A stretch of 64,000 nt of DNA, taken from assembly GCA_964590255.1 (NCBI GenBank), contig CAZPYA010000009.1, forward strand, positions 791 to 64,790. The letters run 5' to 3'. Made by a program: the position numbers and the translations under genes. The notes under the pieces were generated by a model. The model worked only from the letters and a program-made list of their open reading frames with translations, did no database searches and was not told the DNA's origin. Numbering within the stretch: position 1 is the stretch's first letter; the number at the start of each line of letters is the position of its first letter. This stretch comes from an uncultured bacterium. Lineage in GTDB: Bacteria > Armatimonadota > Hebobacteria > CAIYQO01. Shown here piece after piece: positions 7,766 through 15,301 of this stretch.

Positions 7766-10672
7766 ATGCGATCGATCCTGATTCGGCTGTTCCTCGTGCT
7801 GGCCATCGGGCTGTGCAGCATGGGCGTGGCGCTGGCCGCCGGCCCCGCGGACAAGGACTTCAAAGCCGCGGAACAGCTCTTCAACCTGCGCATGGATACG
7901 CAGGCCATCGACGAACTGACGAAGTTCGTGACGGCCTATCCGGCGGACCTGCGCGTGGCGAGAGCCAACTTCATGATCGGCCGGGCACAGCAGCGCCAGC
8001 AGAACTATCCGAAGGCGCTGGAGGCGTATGGCCAGGTCATCACGAAAGCGACGGCGCCCGACCAGACGGAACTGCGCGCCGAAACGCACTATTACATGGC
8101 TGAGTGCAACCTGGCGCTGAAGGCCTACGAGAAGGCGGCGAAATCGTACCGTTTCTGCCTGAGCATCCCCACCGCGGATAAAGACCTGACGCTGCGCGCG
8201 CAATACTGGCTGGCGGAATGCCTCTTTCAACTGAATAAGTTCCCCGAAGCGGTGACCGAATACCGGCGGGTGACGGAGCTGGCGCCCCAGCACGCGCTGG
8301 CGCCGTGGGCGCTCTACTCCATCGGCGACATCGAGCTGCGCCGCAACAGCTTCACCCCGGCCATCGCCGCGCTGGAGAAGGTGACCACCCAGTATAAAGA
8401 GTCGGAAGTGGCGGGTGAAGCGACGCTGACGCTGGCCTTCGCCTACGTGGGCCGCGCCCGCGCCGGCGCCGACACGAAGGCCGCCGACTATCGCCGCGCC
8501 ATCGAGTTGTTCACCGTCGTCATGGATAGCAAGAAATCCACCCGCACCGCCGCGCAGAAGGCGGCGGTGGCGTTGGGCCACGCCTTTTTCGACCTGCAGG
8601 ACTACCCGAAGGCGGCGGATGCCTACGCAAAAGCGCTGGAGACGCAGGATCCCGCCACGCAGGCCGCCGTGGAAACCCGCCTGTGGCGCGGCCACGCGCT
8701 GTATAACGGCGGCAAATTCGAGGAGTCGCTGACGGAATATACCCGCCTGACCGGCAGTAAATATCCCGAACTCGTGCTGCTCGGTCAGTACTGGTCGGGC
8801 AACGCCTGGTTCAAAGTCGCCACCGCCCCTGCTGCCACCCCCGAGCAGCGCGAGCGCGGCTACACCGAGGCGATCAATGCCTTCCAACGCTACCTGAAAG
8901 CGCCGGGCGCGAAAGCCGACGCCAACGTGCTGTTGGCCACGCTGCTGACAGGCTTCAGCCAGGAAGACCTGGCCGGGATGAACGTGACGGACATGCGCGA
9001 CAAGGCCATCACCACCTTCCGCGAGATCATCGTGAAGTGGCCGGCCTCGCGCGAGGCCAAGGAAGCGAACTCGGGCATCGCCCGCCTGACGCAGACGATG
9101 GATCCCGAAAAACTGAAGGCGCTCATCGGGCAGCTTCCGCCGGATGCCATCTCCGCCGTCGCGCTGCAACTGGCCCGCCAGGAGTTCCTCGCCGGCCGCT
9201 ACCAGGCGTCGATGGACGCGGCGAAGAAGGTGGTGGAGAGCAATCCGGCCCCGGAGATCATCACCCAGGCCACCTACCTCATCGCCGCCTCGCAGCATAA
9301 GCTGGGCGCGGTCGATGAGGCGATTGTCTCCTACAAGGCGGCGCTGGCGAAGGCGCCGGACAACGACCTGACCCCGCTGGTGCTGCGCGGCCTCACCCAG
9401 GCCTACCTGGATAAGCGCAACTACACCGAAGCGCTGACCAGCGCGCAGGCGCTGGCCGCCAACAAGCGCGTCAGCGGCAAGGAGATGGCGGAAGCGCTGA
9501 TGTTCCTCGCCGAGGCATACCTGAATAACGGCATGAAACCGGACGCGCTGGCTGCCTACAAGCGCGTCGTCACCGAGTTCCCGGGGTCGGAGCTGGCGCC
9601 GAACGCCATGCTCGGGCAGGCGTGGGTGCATGAGACGCTGAAGAACCGTCCCCAGGCCATCGCCGGCTTCAGCGATCTTGTCACGAAGTACCCGAAGCAC
9701 GAGCTGGTGTCGGACGCGTCGTTCCACCTCGGCTACAACTACGCCGAGCAAAAGGACTACGAGAACGCCATTACGCATTACACGAAAGTGCCGGCGACCC
9801 ACCGGCTGGCCGATCAGGCCGCTTACGCCATCGCCTGGGCGTATCGCGACCTGGGCAAAGACAAAGAGGCGAACGCGCAGTTCGCGAAGGTGGCCGAGAG
9901 CTTCCCGAAGAGCGCGCTGGCCTGCGACAGCCTGTATCGCATCGGCGAGCACTACCTGACGAATCTGCAGTATACCGACGCGATGTTGTATTTCGGTCGC
10001 GCGCAGGACCTGCACCCGGCGGACAAGCTGGCCCCGCTGGTCAGCTACAAGCTGGGGGTGTGCGCGTTCTTTGCCGAGCAGTACGCGGAGGCGGCCAACG
10101 CCTTCGGCCGCGTGACGGCGAACCACCCGACCAGCGAGTATGCCGCGGAAAGCCTTTTCTGGAGGGGGCAGTCGCAGGAGAAGCTGGGCCAGTTGGCGCC
10201 GGCGCGCGACGCGTATCAGGCGTATCTGACGAAGTATGCGAAGCAGAATCTGGCGCTGGACGCCGCGCTGGGCGCCGGCCGCATCGCGCTGCTCGCCAAG
10301 CAGTATCCGGTGGCCCGCGTCGACCTGCAGAAGGCGCTGGCGGCCTGCGACGAGGCGGATCAGGGGCCGAACGCCGCGCTGAAGGACCGCTCGAAGAACG
10401 TCGCCCCGGAGGCGCAGTTCTATCTGGGCCAGTGCTACTTCGAGGAGAAGAAGTACGACCAGGCGTTCAAGGAGTTCGCGGCGGTGGACGGCTACGGTTT
10501 CGAGCCGTGGGGCTCCCGCGCGCTGCTGCGGCTCGCGGAGTGCGGGGCTCTCACCGGGAAGCTGGACTCGGCCGCCTTCACGCTGACCAAGCTCATCACC
10601 ACCTACCCGGAGAGCGAGGCGGCGAAGGCCGCGCCCGAACTGGCGAAGAAATATAATATCCCGTTGAAGTAA
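7766..10672 (+). CDS. secreted TPR-repeat protein (YbgF/tol-pal-like repeats)
   Basis: SD GGAGGAG lies 4 nt before ATG 7766. Signal peptide MRSILIRLFLVLAIGLCSMGVALAAG. About 950 aa of tandem TPR-like units (recurrent A..Y..G......Y..A...F..V...YP.S..A..A). Confidence 0.9.
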   Translation: MRSILIRLFLVLAIGLCSMGVALAAGPADKDFKAAEQLFNLRMDTQAIDELTKFVTAYPADLRVARANFMIGRAQQRQQNYPKALEAYGQVITKATAPDQTELRAETHYYMAECNLALKAYEKAAKSYRFCLSIPTADKDLTLRAQYWLAECLFQLNKFPEAVTEYRRVTELAPQHALAPWALYSIGDIELRRNSFTPAIAALEKVTTQYKESEVAGEATLTLAFAYVGRARAGADTKAADYRRAIELFTVVMDSKKSTRTAAQKAAVALGHAFFDLQDYPKAADAYAKALETQDPATQAAVETRLWRGHALYNGGKFEESLTEYTRLTGSKYPELVLLGQYWSGNAWFKVATAPAATPEQRERGYTEAINAFQRYLKAPGAKADANVLLATLLTGFSQEDLAGMNVTDMRDKAITTFREIIVKWPASREAKEANSGIARLTQTMDPEKLKALIGQLPPDAISAVALQLARQEFLAGRYQASMDAAKKVVESNPAPEIITQATYLIAASQHKLGAVDEAIVSYKAALAKAPDNDLTPLVLRGLTQAYLDKRNYTEALTSAQALAANKRVSGKEMAEALMFLAEAYLNNGMKPDALAAYKRVVTEFPGSELAPNAMLGQAWVHETLKNRPQAIAGFSDLVTKYPKHELVSDASFHLGYNYAEQKDYENAITHYTKVPATHRLADQAAYAIAWAYRDLGKDKEANAQFAKVAESFPKSALACDSLYRIGEHYLTNLQYTDAMLYFGRAQDLHPADKLAPLVSYKLGVCAFFAEQYAEAANAFGRVTANHPTSEYAAESLFWRGQSQEKLGQLAPARDAYQAYLTKYAKQNLALDAALGAGRIALLAKQYPVARVDLQKALAACDEADQGPNAALKDRSKNVAPEAQFYLGQCYFEEKKYDQAFKEFAAVDGYGFEPWGSRALLRLAECGALTGKLDSAAFTLTKLITTYPESEAAKAAPELAKKYNIPLK

Positions 10673-10693
10673 CCGCGCGGGAGAGATCGGCAT

Positions 10694-10729
10694 GCACGGG
10701 GCGTCCAGCGGGGCGCCCCGTGCCATTTG
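10694..10729 (+). terminator. putative intrinsic terminator after the TPR gene
   Basis: GCACGGGGCG (10694-10703) pairs with CGCCCCGTGC (10714-10723), followed by CATTTGG. The T-tract is weak. Confidence 0.4.
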
Positions 10730-10792
10730 GTCGACGACAAATTGTTGGCAAAGCTGACCTGTATTGCCGTTATCTCGCCGCCGGCGGCGGGA

Positions 10793-11962
10793 ATGCTGTG
10801 CGATATGGACAAAATGAAGGCGGACACGATGGCGCATGATGCGTCGCGGCACCTTTCCGTGGTAGCGCATCGCTGGGGCAGCGGATTGACGCCGGAGATG
10901 CGCGCGATATGGCGCGCGGTATTGGCGCGCATCCCCGACGCGCCGGTGTTTTTGTATCCCGAATGGCTGGAGACGGCGGCGGCGGCGGGGATGGTCCGGC
11001 CCGCATACCTGCTGCAGGTGCGGCGCGACGGGGAAACCGCCATGCTGCTGCCGCTGACGGCGCGCGGGCCGTTGGCCTGGGCCGTGCCCGATCCGCTGTG
11101 CATGGATACCGCCATCCGCCTCATCGATCCCGAATGCGCCGACATTGCCTGGGCGGGCGTGGCTCGGGCGATGCGGGCGCACCGCGGGCTGGCGCACCTG
11201 GGTCTGGGCCGCATGGTGGACGAAGCGTGCCTCCACGGGCTGCGCGCGGCGGCACCGGCGGAGATGCCGCTGCACGACCGGCCGCTGGACCCCAGCTATC
11301 ACGTGCCGTTGGCGGCGTGGCCGGCGTATGTGGCCGGATTGGGCCGCTCCATGCGCGACAAGTTGCGTCGCATCGAGACGTACCTTGCCGCGCACCCGGC
11401 GGAATTCGTCGCCGGCCCGGTGGACGCGGCGGAGACCGCGCCGGTGCTGGACTCGCTCATCCGCCTGTACCGCCGGCGCTGGGGCGGGCAGGTGGGCGGC
11501 AGCGCGCTGTGCGACGCGCACACCGCCGACTTCTACCGCACGGTGCTGCACTGGGCGATCGCCCACGACTACGGGGCGCTGCTGACCTTTCGCCGCGGCG
11601 CGCAGGTGCTGGCGGCGGGCAGCGCGCTGCATATTCCCGGTCAGCCCACGGCGTATTTTCACCTGATGGCCCGCGACGAAGACCCCGACCCGCTGCCCCG
11701 CGCGGTGGAGAGCCCGGGCATCGTGCTCACCACCCGCGTCGTCCAGTGGGCTATCGCCCGCGGCGCCCGCACGCTGTGCATGGGGCGGGGCGACCCGGGG
11801 TACAAGCTGCTGCTGGGCGCGACCCCGACGCCGCTGTGGCAGCCCACGCTGGCGCGTACGCCCCTGGCGGACGTCGTGCTGCCGGTGGTGCAGCGAGGCC
11901 TGCACTTGCTGACCCGGCTGCCGGTGCATCTGCTGGCGCGCTGCCGGCAGGCGGTCGGATAG
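10793..11962 (+). CDS. GNAT-fold acetyltransferase, CelD/BioF2-like (FemAB-type) family
   Basis: LIRLYRRRWGGQVGGSALCDAHTADFYRTVLHWA...LLTFRRGAQVLAAGSALHIPGQPTAYFHLMARD...PGIVLTTRVVQWAIARGARTLCMGRGDPGYKLLLGA. Start is uncertain: the track uses TTG 10727, which lies inside the terminator stem; ATGs occur at 10793, 10805, 10814 and 10829. Confidence 0.7.
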   Translation: MLCDMDKMKADTMAHDASRHLSVVAHRWGSGLTPEMRAIWRAVLARIPDAPVFLYPEWLETAAAAGMVRPAYLLQVRRDGETAMLLPLTARGPLAWAVPDPLCMDTAIRLIDPECADIAWAGVARAMRAHRGLAHLGLGRMVDEACLHGLRAAAPAEMPLHDRPLDPSYHVPLAAWPAYVAGLGRSMRDKLRRIETYLAAHPAEFVAGPVDAAETAPVLDSLIRLYRRRWGGQVGGSALCDAHTADFYRTVLHWAIAHDYGALLTFRRGAQVLAAGSALHIPGQPTAYFHLMARDEDPDPLPRAVESPGIVLTTRVVQWAIARGARTLCMGRGDPGYKLLLGATPTPLWQPTLARTPLADVVLPVVQRGLHLLTRLPVHLLARCRQAVG

Positions 11963-12115
11963 CGGGCGCCGCCGTCCGCATTGTCGCGTTTTGCCCCGTG
12001 GGGTGGAAGCAATCTGCACATTGTTGTCGTCTGTTGCCCACGCGCCGTGCGCCGTCCGCTACAGTAAGGCTGCGTGCCTATTTATGGGCATCCACCACAG
12101 GAGGCATCGAGCGCC

Positions 12116-13270
12116 ATGGTGTATACGCTCTCGACCGAGCGCGATGTCTGCGAGTGCCGGCCACTGACCGACGACATCGACGCGGATCTGCTGGACTGCT
12201 GGCAGACCGTGGTGCGGCATGCTCCGGATACGCCGGTGTTCGCGCGCCCCGAGTGGGTGCTACAGGCGGTGCGCAGCGGCGTGACGCGCCAGGCGGCGCT
12301 GCTCGTTGCCTACCAGGCGGGCGTGCCCATCGGCATGCTGCCGGTGCAGCCGGTCATTCCCGGCTACTGGCAGGCGCTGATGCCCTTCAGCATGTCCGGC
12401 GCGGCGCTGGCGGCGCGGCCGGGCATGACCGAGACGGTCTGGACGCACGTCGCCGCCTGGCTGCGCGCGCGCGGCGGCCCGGGACTGCTCACCGCGGAGC
12501 TGAGCGCGGTCGGACCGCCGCTGCCGGCCGGTCTGGCGGTTGGGCGCCACGCCGTGCCGCCCAACCTGCGGGTACCGTTGGGGGAGAGCTGGGAGGCGTT
12601 TGTCGCCCGCCGTGGCCGCTCCACCCGCCGCAAGCTCAACACCCTCGCCGCGCGCCTCCATGACGGCATCCCCGGCCTGTCGATCGACATCATCACCCGC
12701 GAGGCGGAGGCGCCGGCGGCCATGGATACACTCATCAGCCTCTATCGCCGCCGCTGGGCCGACCAGGTGGGCGGCAGCCCGCTGTGCACCGGCTGCAACG
12801 CGCACTTCCTGCGCGAGGCGATGCGCTGGGCGGTGAGCCGCGGGTACGGTATCATCCCGGTCATCCGCTATCATGGCCGGCCCATTGCCCTCGGTACGGT
12901 ACTGGCTATCCCCGGTCAGCAAACGGCGTACTACCACTTCACCGTGCGCGACCCCGCCGGCGAGGTGCCGGCGCTGGTGAACAGCCCGGGCACGGCGCTG
13001 GCGGTGGTGGTGGCGCAATGGGCCATCGCCCACGGGTACCAGACGCTGGACATGGGCCGCGGCAGCGCGGGGTATAAGCAGCTCCTGGGTGGCGAGCCGT
13101 GCGGGCAGGAACGCCTCAGCCTCGCCACCTCGCCGCTGGCTGCCGCCGTGCTGCCCCGCCTCGCCCGCGCCGGCTACCTGCTGCAGCGCCTGCCCCTGCA
13201 CATCGGCTACCACGCCGGGCGCTGGTTGCGCCGGCCGGAACCGGTGGTCGAAGAGGCGCTGGCGGAGTGA
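12116..13270 (+). CDS. GNAT-fold acetyltransferase, CelD/BioF2-like (tandem paralog)
   Basis: Collinear with the previous gene (LISLYRRRWADQVGGSPLC...IPVIRYHGRPIALGTVLAIPGQQTAYYHFTVRD...VVAQWAIAHGYQTLDMGRGSAGYKQLLGG). SD CAGGAGG lies 11 nt before ATG 12116. Confidence 0.75.
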   Translation: MVYTLSTERDVCECRPLTDDIDADLLDCWQTVVRHAPDTPVFARPEWVLQAVRSGVTRQAALLVAYQAGVPIGMLPVQPVIPGYWQALMPFSMSGAALAARPGMTETVWTHVAAWLRARGGPGLLTAELSAVGPPLPAGLAVGRHAVPPNLRVPLGESWEAFVARRGRSTRRKLNTLAARLHDGIPGLSIDIITREAEAPAAMDTLISLYRRRWADQVGGSPLCTGCNAHFLREAMRWAVSRGYGIIPVIRYHGRPIALGTVLAIPGQQTAYYHFTVRDPAGEVPALVNSPGTALAVVVAQWAIAHGYQTLDMGRGSAGYKQLLGGEPCGQERLSLATSPLAAAVLPRLARAGYLLQRLPLHIGYHAGRWLRRPEPVVEEALAE

Positions 13271-13299
13271 GTATCCGGTTTCAGATTCCAATCTTGTTT

Positions 13300-13745
13300 C
13301 CAGCCGTTGAAACGGCTGGCTCGGTTCAGTCGTCCTTTCAGGACTGGCGGGGCGGGTATATGGTTCCAGCTTCTGTCTCCAGCCGTTGAAACGGCTGGCT
13401 AGATTCGGTCGTCTCTACGAGATTTGCGGGTAGGTATTCGGTTGCCGGGCTGCGTGATTGGCGATGAGGTGATGCCGGTACTTTCTCCAGCCGTTGGAAA
13501 TGGCTGGCTCGGTTCAGTCGTCCTTCCAGGACTGGCGGGGCGGGTATATGGTACCAGCTTCTGTCTCCAGCCGTTGAAACGGCTGGCTAGATTCGGTCGT
13601 CTCTACGAGATTTGCGGGTAGGTATTCGGTTGCCGGGCTGCGTGATTGGCGATGAGGTGATGCCGGTGTGCCTAATCGGACGCCACTCCGCCGCTGCTGC
13701 GTGGCTGACTACGAACGGGTTTTGTTGGTGAGCTGACCTATGATT
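13300..13745 (+). repeat. tandem structured repeat (family E): two ~187-bp units plus a conserved tail
   Basis: Hairpin CCAGCCGT-TGAA-ACGGCTGG at 13300-13319, 13379-13398, 13487-13507 (variant) and 13567-13586. Unit period is 187-188 bp. Tail cggacgccactcc...tgcgtggctgactacgaacgggtt..gtggtga.ctgacctat at about 13670-13745. A second locus lies at 33998-34200. Confidence 0.85.
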
Positions 13746-13838
13746 GGACATCGCAGACAGGTTGATGGCGGTGTGGTGACTATCTGCCACGAACGCCGCG
13801 GAGGGACGTTTGCTCCGCATACGGGCGGGAGTCATCGG

Positions 13839-14618
13839 TTACCGCTGGCCCAGTAGCACGTGCGTCTGCGGGATGACGCGGACGTCGCGCAGGTGGGCGG
13901 CGGCGCGGGCCTGGGCGTCGAGGGTGTCTGCGGCGGTGGGGGCGGCGGGGCCGCCGGGGCGGGGGGTGACGGGCTGGAGGATGCAGGGGATGGACGCGTC
14001 GCGGGCGGCGACGAGGGCGGCGGCGCGGGCGATGTCGTCGCCGCTGCCGGTGGCGAAGACCAGCTTCACCTGCAGGCCGGTGGCGCGGCGCGCCAGCGCG
14101 GCGTCGAGGAAGGCGGCGTGGGCATCCCACAGCGCCAGGCAGCCGGTGGCCGAAGGCAGCTTGATGTCCATCACCAGGTGGGTGGGCATCTCGTCCAGCC
14201 GCCACAGCTCGTCGGGGAGCATGCCGTTCGTCTCCAGGTAGGTGGCGATGCCTTCGCGGTGCAGTTCGGGCATGAGGATGTTCAGCGCCTCCCAGTGGCG
14301 CAGCGGCTCGCCGCCGGTGAGCGCCACCGAGTGGTGCGGGTAGGCGGTGAAGAGCGCGCGCGCCAGCCCCACCAGGTCGTCGGCGAAGAGCGGGTTGGGC
14401 AGCGCGTCGAAGACGCGCGACCCCGGCGCCGTCTCCACCTGGCAGGCGGCGGGGAATGCGGCGCGGCTGGCAGGCGTGTCGCAGTAGGCGCAGCGCAGCG
14501 GGCAACCGTGGAAACGCACGAAGAGCTGGCGCACGCCCACCAGCAAGCCCTCGCCCTGGATGCCGGAGAAGAGCTCGTGCAGCGTGGCGGCGACGCGGCC
14601 GGTGGAAAACAGGCTCAC
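13839..14618 (-). CDS. queE: 7-carboxy-7-deazaguanine synthase (radical SAM QueE)
   Basis: ELFSGIQGEGLLVGVRQLFVRFHGCPLRCAYCDTP (QueE N-terminal signature plus CxxxCxxC), GGEPL, C-terminal PQTHVLLG. GTG start at 14616-14618 overlaps the upstream TGA by 4 nt (GTGA). The track's longer N-terminus runs through the upstream gene. Confidence 0.85.
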   Translation of the reverse strand: MSLFSTGRVAATLHELFSGIQGEGLLVGVRQLFVRFHGCPLRCAYCDTPASRAAFPAACQVETAPGSRVFDALPNPLFADDLVGLARALFTAYPHHSVALTGGEPLRHWEALNILMPELHREGIATYLETNGMLPDELWRLDEMPTHLVMDIKLPSATGCLALWDAHAAFLDAALARRATGLQVKLVFATGSGDDIARAAALVAARDASIPCILQPVTPRPGGPAAPTAADTLDAQARAAAHLRDVRVIPQTHVLLGQR

Positions 14619-15301
14619 GGGTTCACCCCCGCCGGCAGCACGGTGATGGGCGCCACTGCCATCAGCCCGTTGAACTGCGCGATGACCCGCCCGTTGCCGG
14701 CAGCCTGCGCGTGGAAGAGGCCGTGTGGGGCGATGCCCGCCTCCGGCATGCGCGGCCCGAAGGAGCCGATGTCGCCTTTGAACGCCCAACTGGCCGGCAC
14801 CGGAATGATCTGCTTGTCGGTGGTGATGACCGACGCGGTGAAGAGGATATCGTCGCCCGGGTGTGCGGTAGCCACCGCCGCCGGGGTGATGAGCAGCGTG
14901 ACGGCGTTCGCCTGCGGCGGAGCGAGCATGAGCGAGATGCGCGCGGCATCGCGCTCGCTATCCATGTTCACCTCGACCTCGCCGTATTGCACGGCGAATT
15001 CGCCGGCGCGCACGCGCACTTTGCCTTTCGGCACGTTGCGGAAGATGAAGTAGCCGGCGTCATTGGTGGAGGTGCGCAGGATGGATCCGGTGCTCAGCTC
15101 CAGCTCGACCGGCGTGCCGGCTTGCGTCTGTAGTTCGAGATCGGCACGGTCACGCGTGAGTGGCTGGACGGCCACGGAGCGATAGACCCAGCCGTCCACC
15201 GTGCCGATGGGCACGCTGCCACCGGTGAGGCTGTTGACACCGGCGCAGCCGGTGAGGACGACCGCGAGACTGAGGAGCAGCAACAGCGCGAGCCATCTCA
15301 T
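14615..15301 (-). CDS. lipoprotein with CarboxypepD_reg-like and Big_2-like domains
   Basis: MRWLALLLLLSLAVVLTGC is a lipobox. TNDAGYFIFRNVPKGKVRVRAG is carboxypeptidase-regulatory-like. The C-terminal Ig-like segment is LLITPAAVATAHPGDDILFTASV...GNGRVIAQFNGLMAVAPITV. ATG 15301 overlaps the upstream TGA (ATGA). Confidence 0.8.
   Translation of the reverse strand: MRWLALLLLLSLAVVLTGCAGVNSLTGGSVPIGTVDGWVYRSVAVQPLTRDRADLELQTQAGTPVELELSTGSILRTSTNDAGYFIFRNVPKGKVRVRAGEFAVQYGEVEVNMDSERDAARISLMLAPPQANAVTLLITPAAVATAHPGDDILFTASVITTDKQIIPVPASWAFKGDIGSFGPRMPEAGIAPHGLFHAQAAGNGRVIAQFNGLMAVAPITVLPAGVNP

Noticed and set aside
7655-12019. 1454-aa minus-strand ORF spanning more than 4 kb, the longest ORF in the track
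   Set aside because: It runs antisense across three well-supported plus-strand genes (the TPR protein and two GNAT paralogs). Its composition is R/A/G/Q-rich low complexity, and it has no SD or recognisable domain. This is the typical stop-poor antisense frame of high-GC3 genes.
10909-12663. 584-aa plus-strand ORF bridging the two GNAT genes in another frame
   Set aside because: It is an off-frame overlap of two genes that each have conserved family motifs in their own frame. The product is Arg/Gly/Ala/Pro low complexity.
13300-13745. Possible CRISPR array
   Set aside because: The repeat hairpins sit inside two long (187-bp) near-identical tandem units, so the 'spacers' are themselves repeated. 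No short unique spacers, no leader and no cas genes occur in the window.
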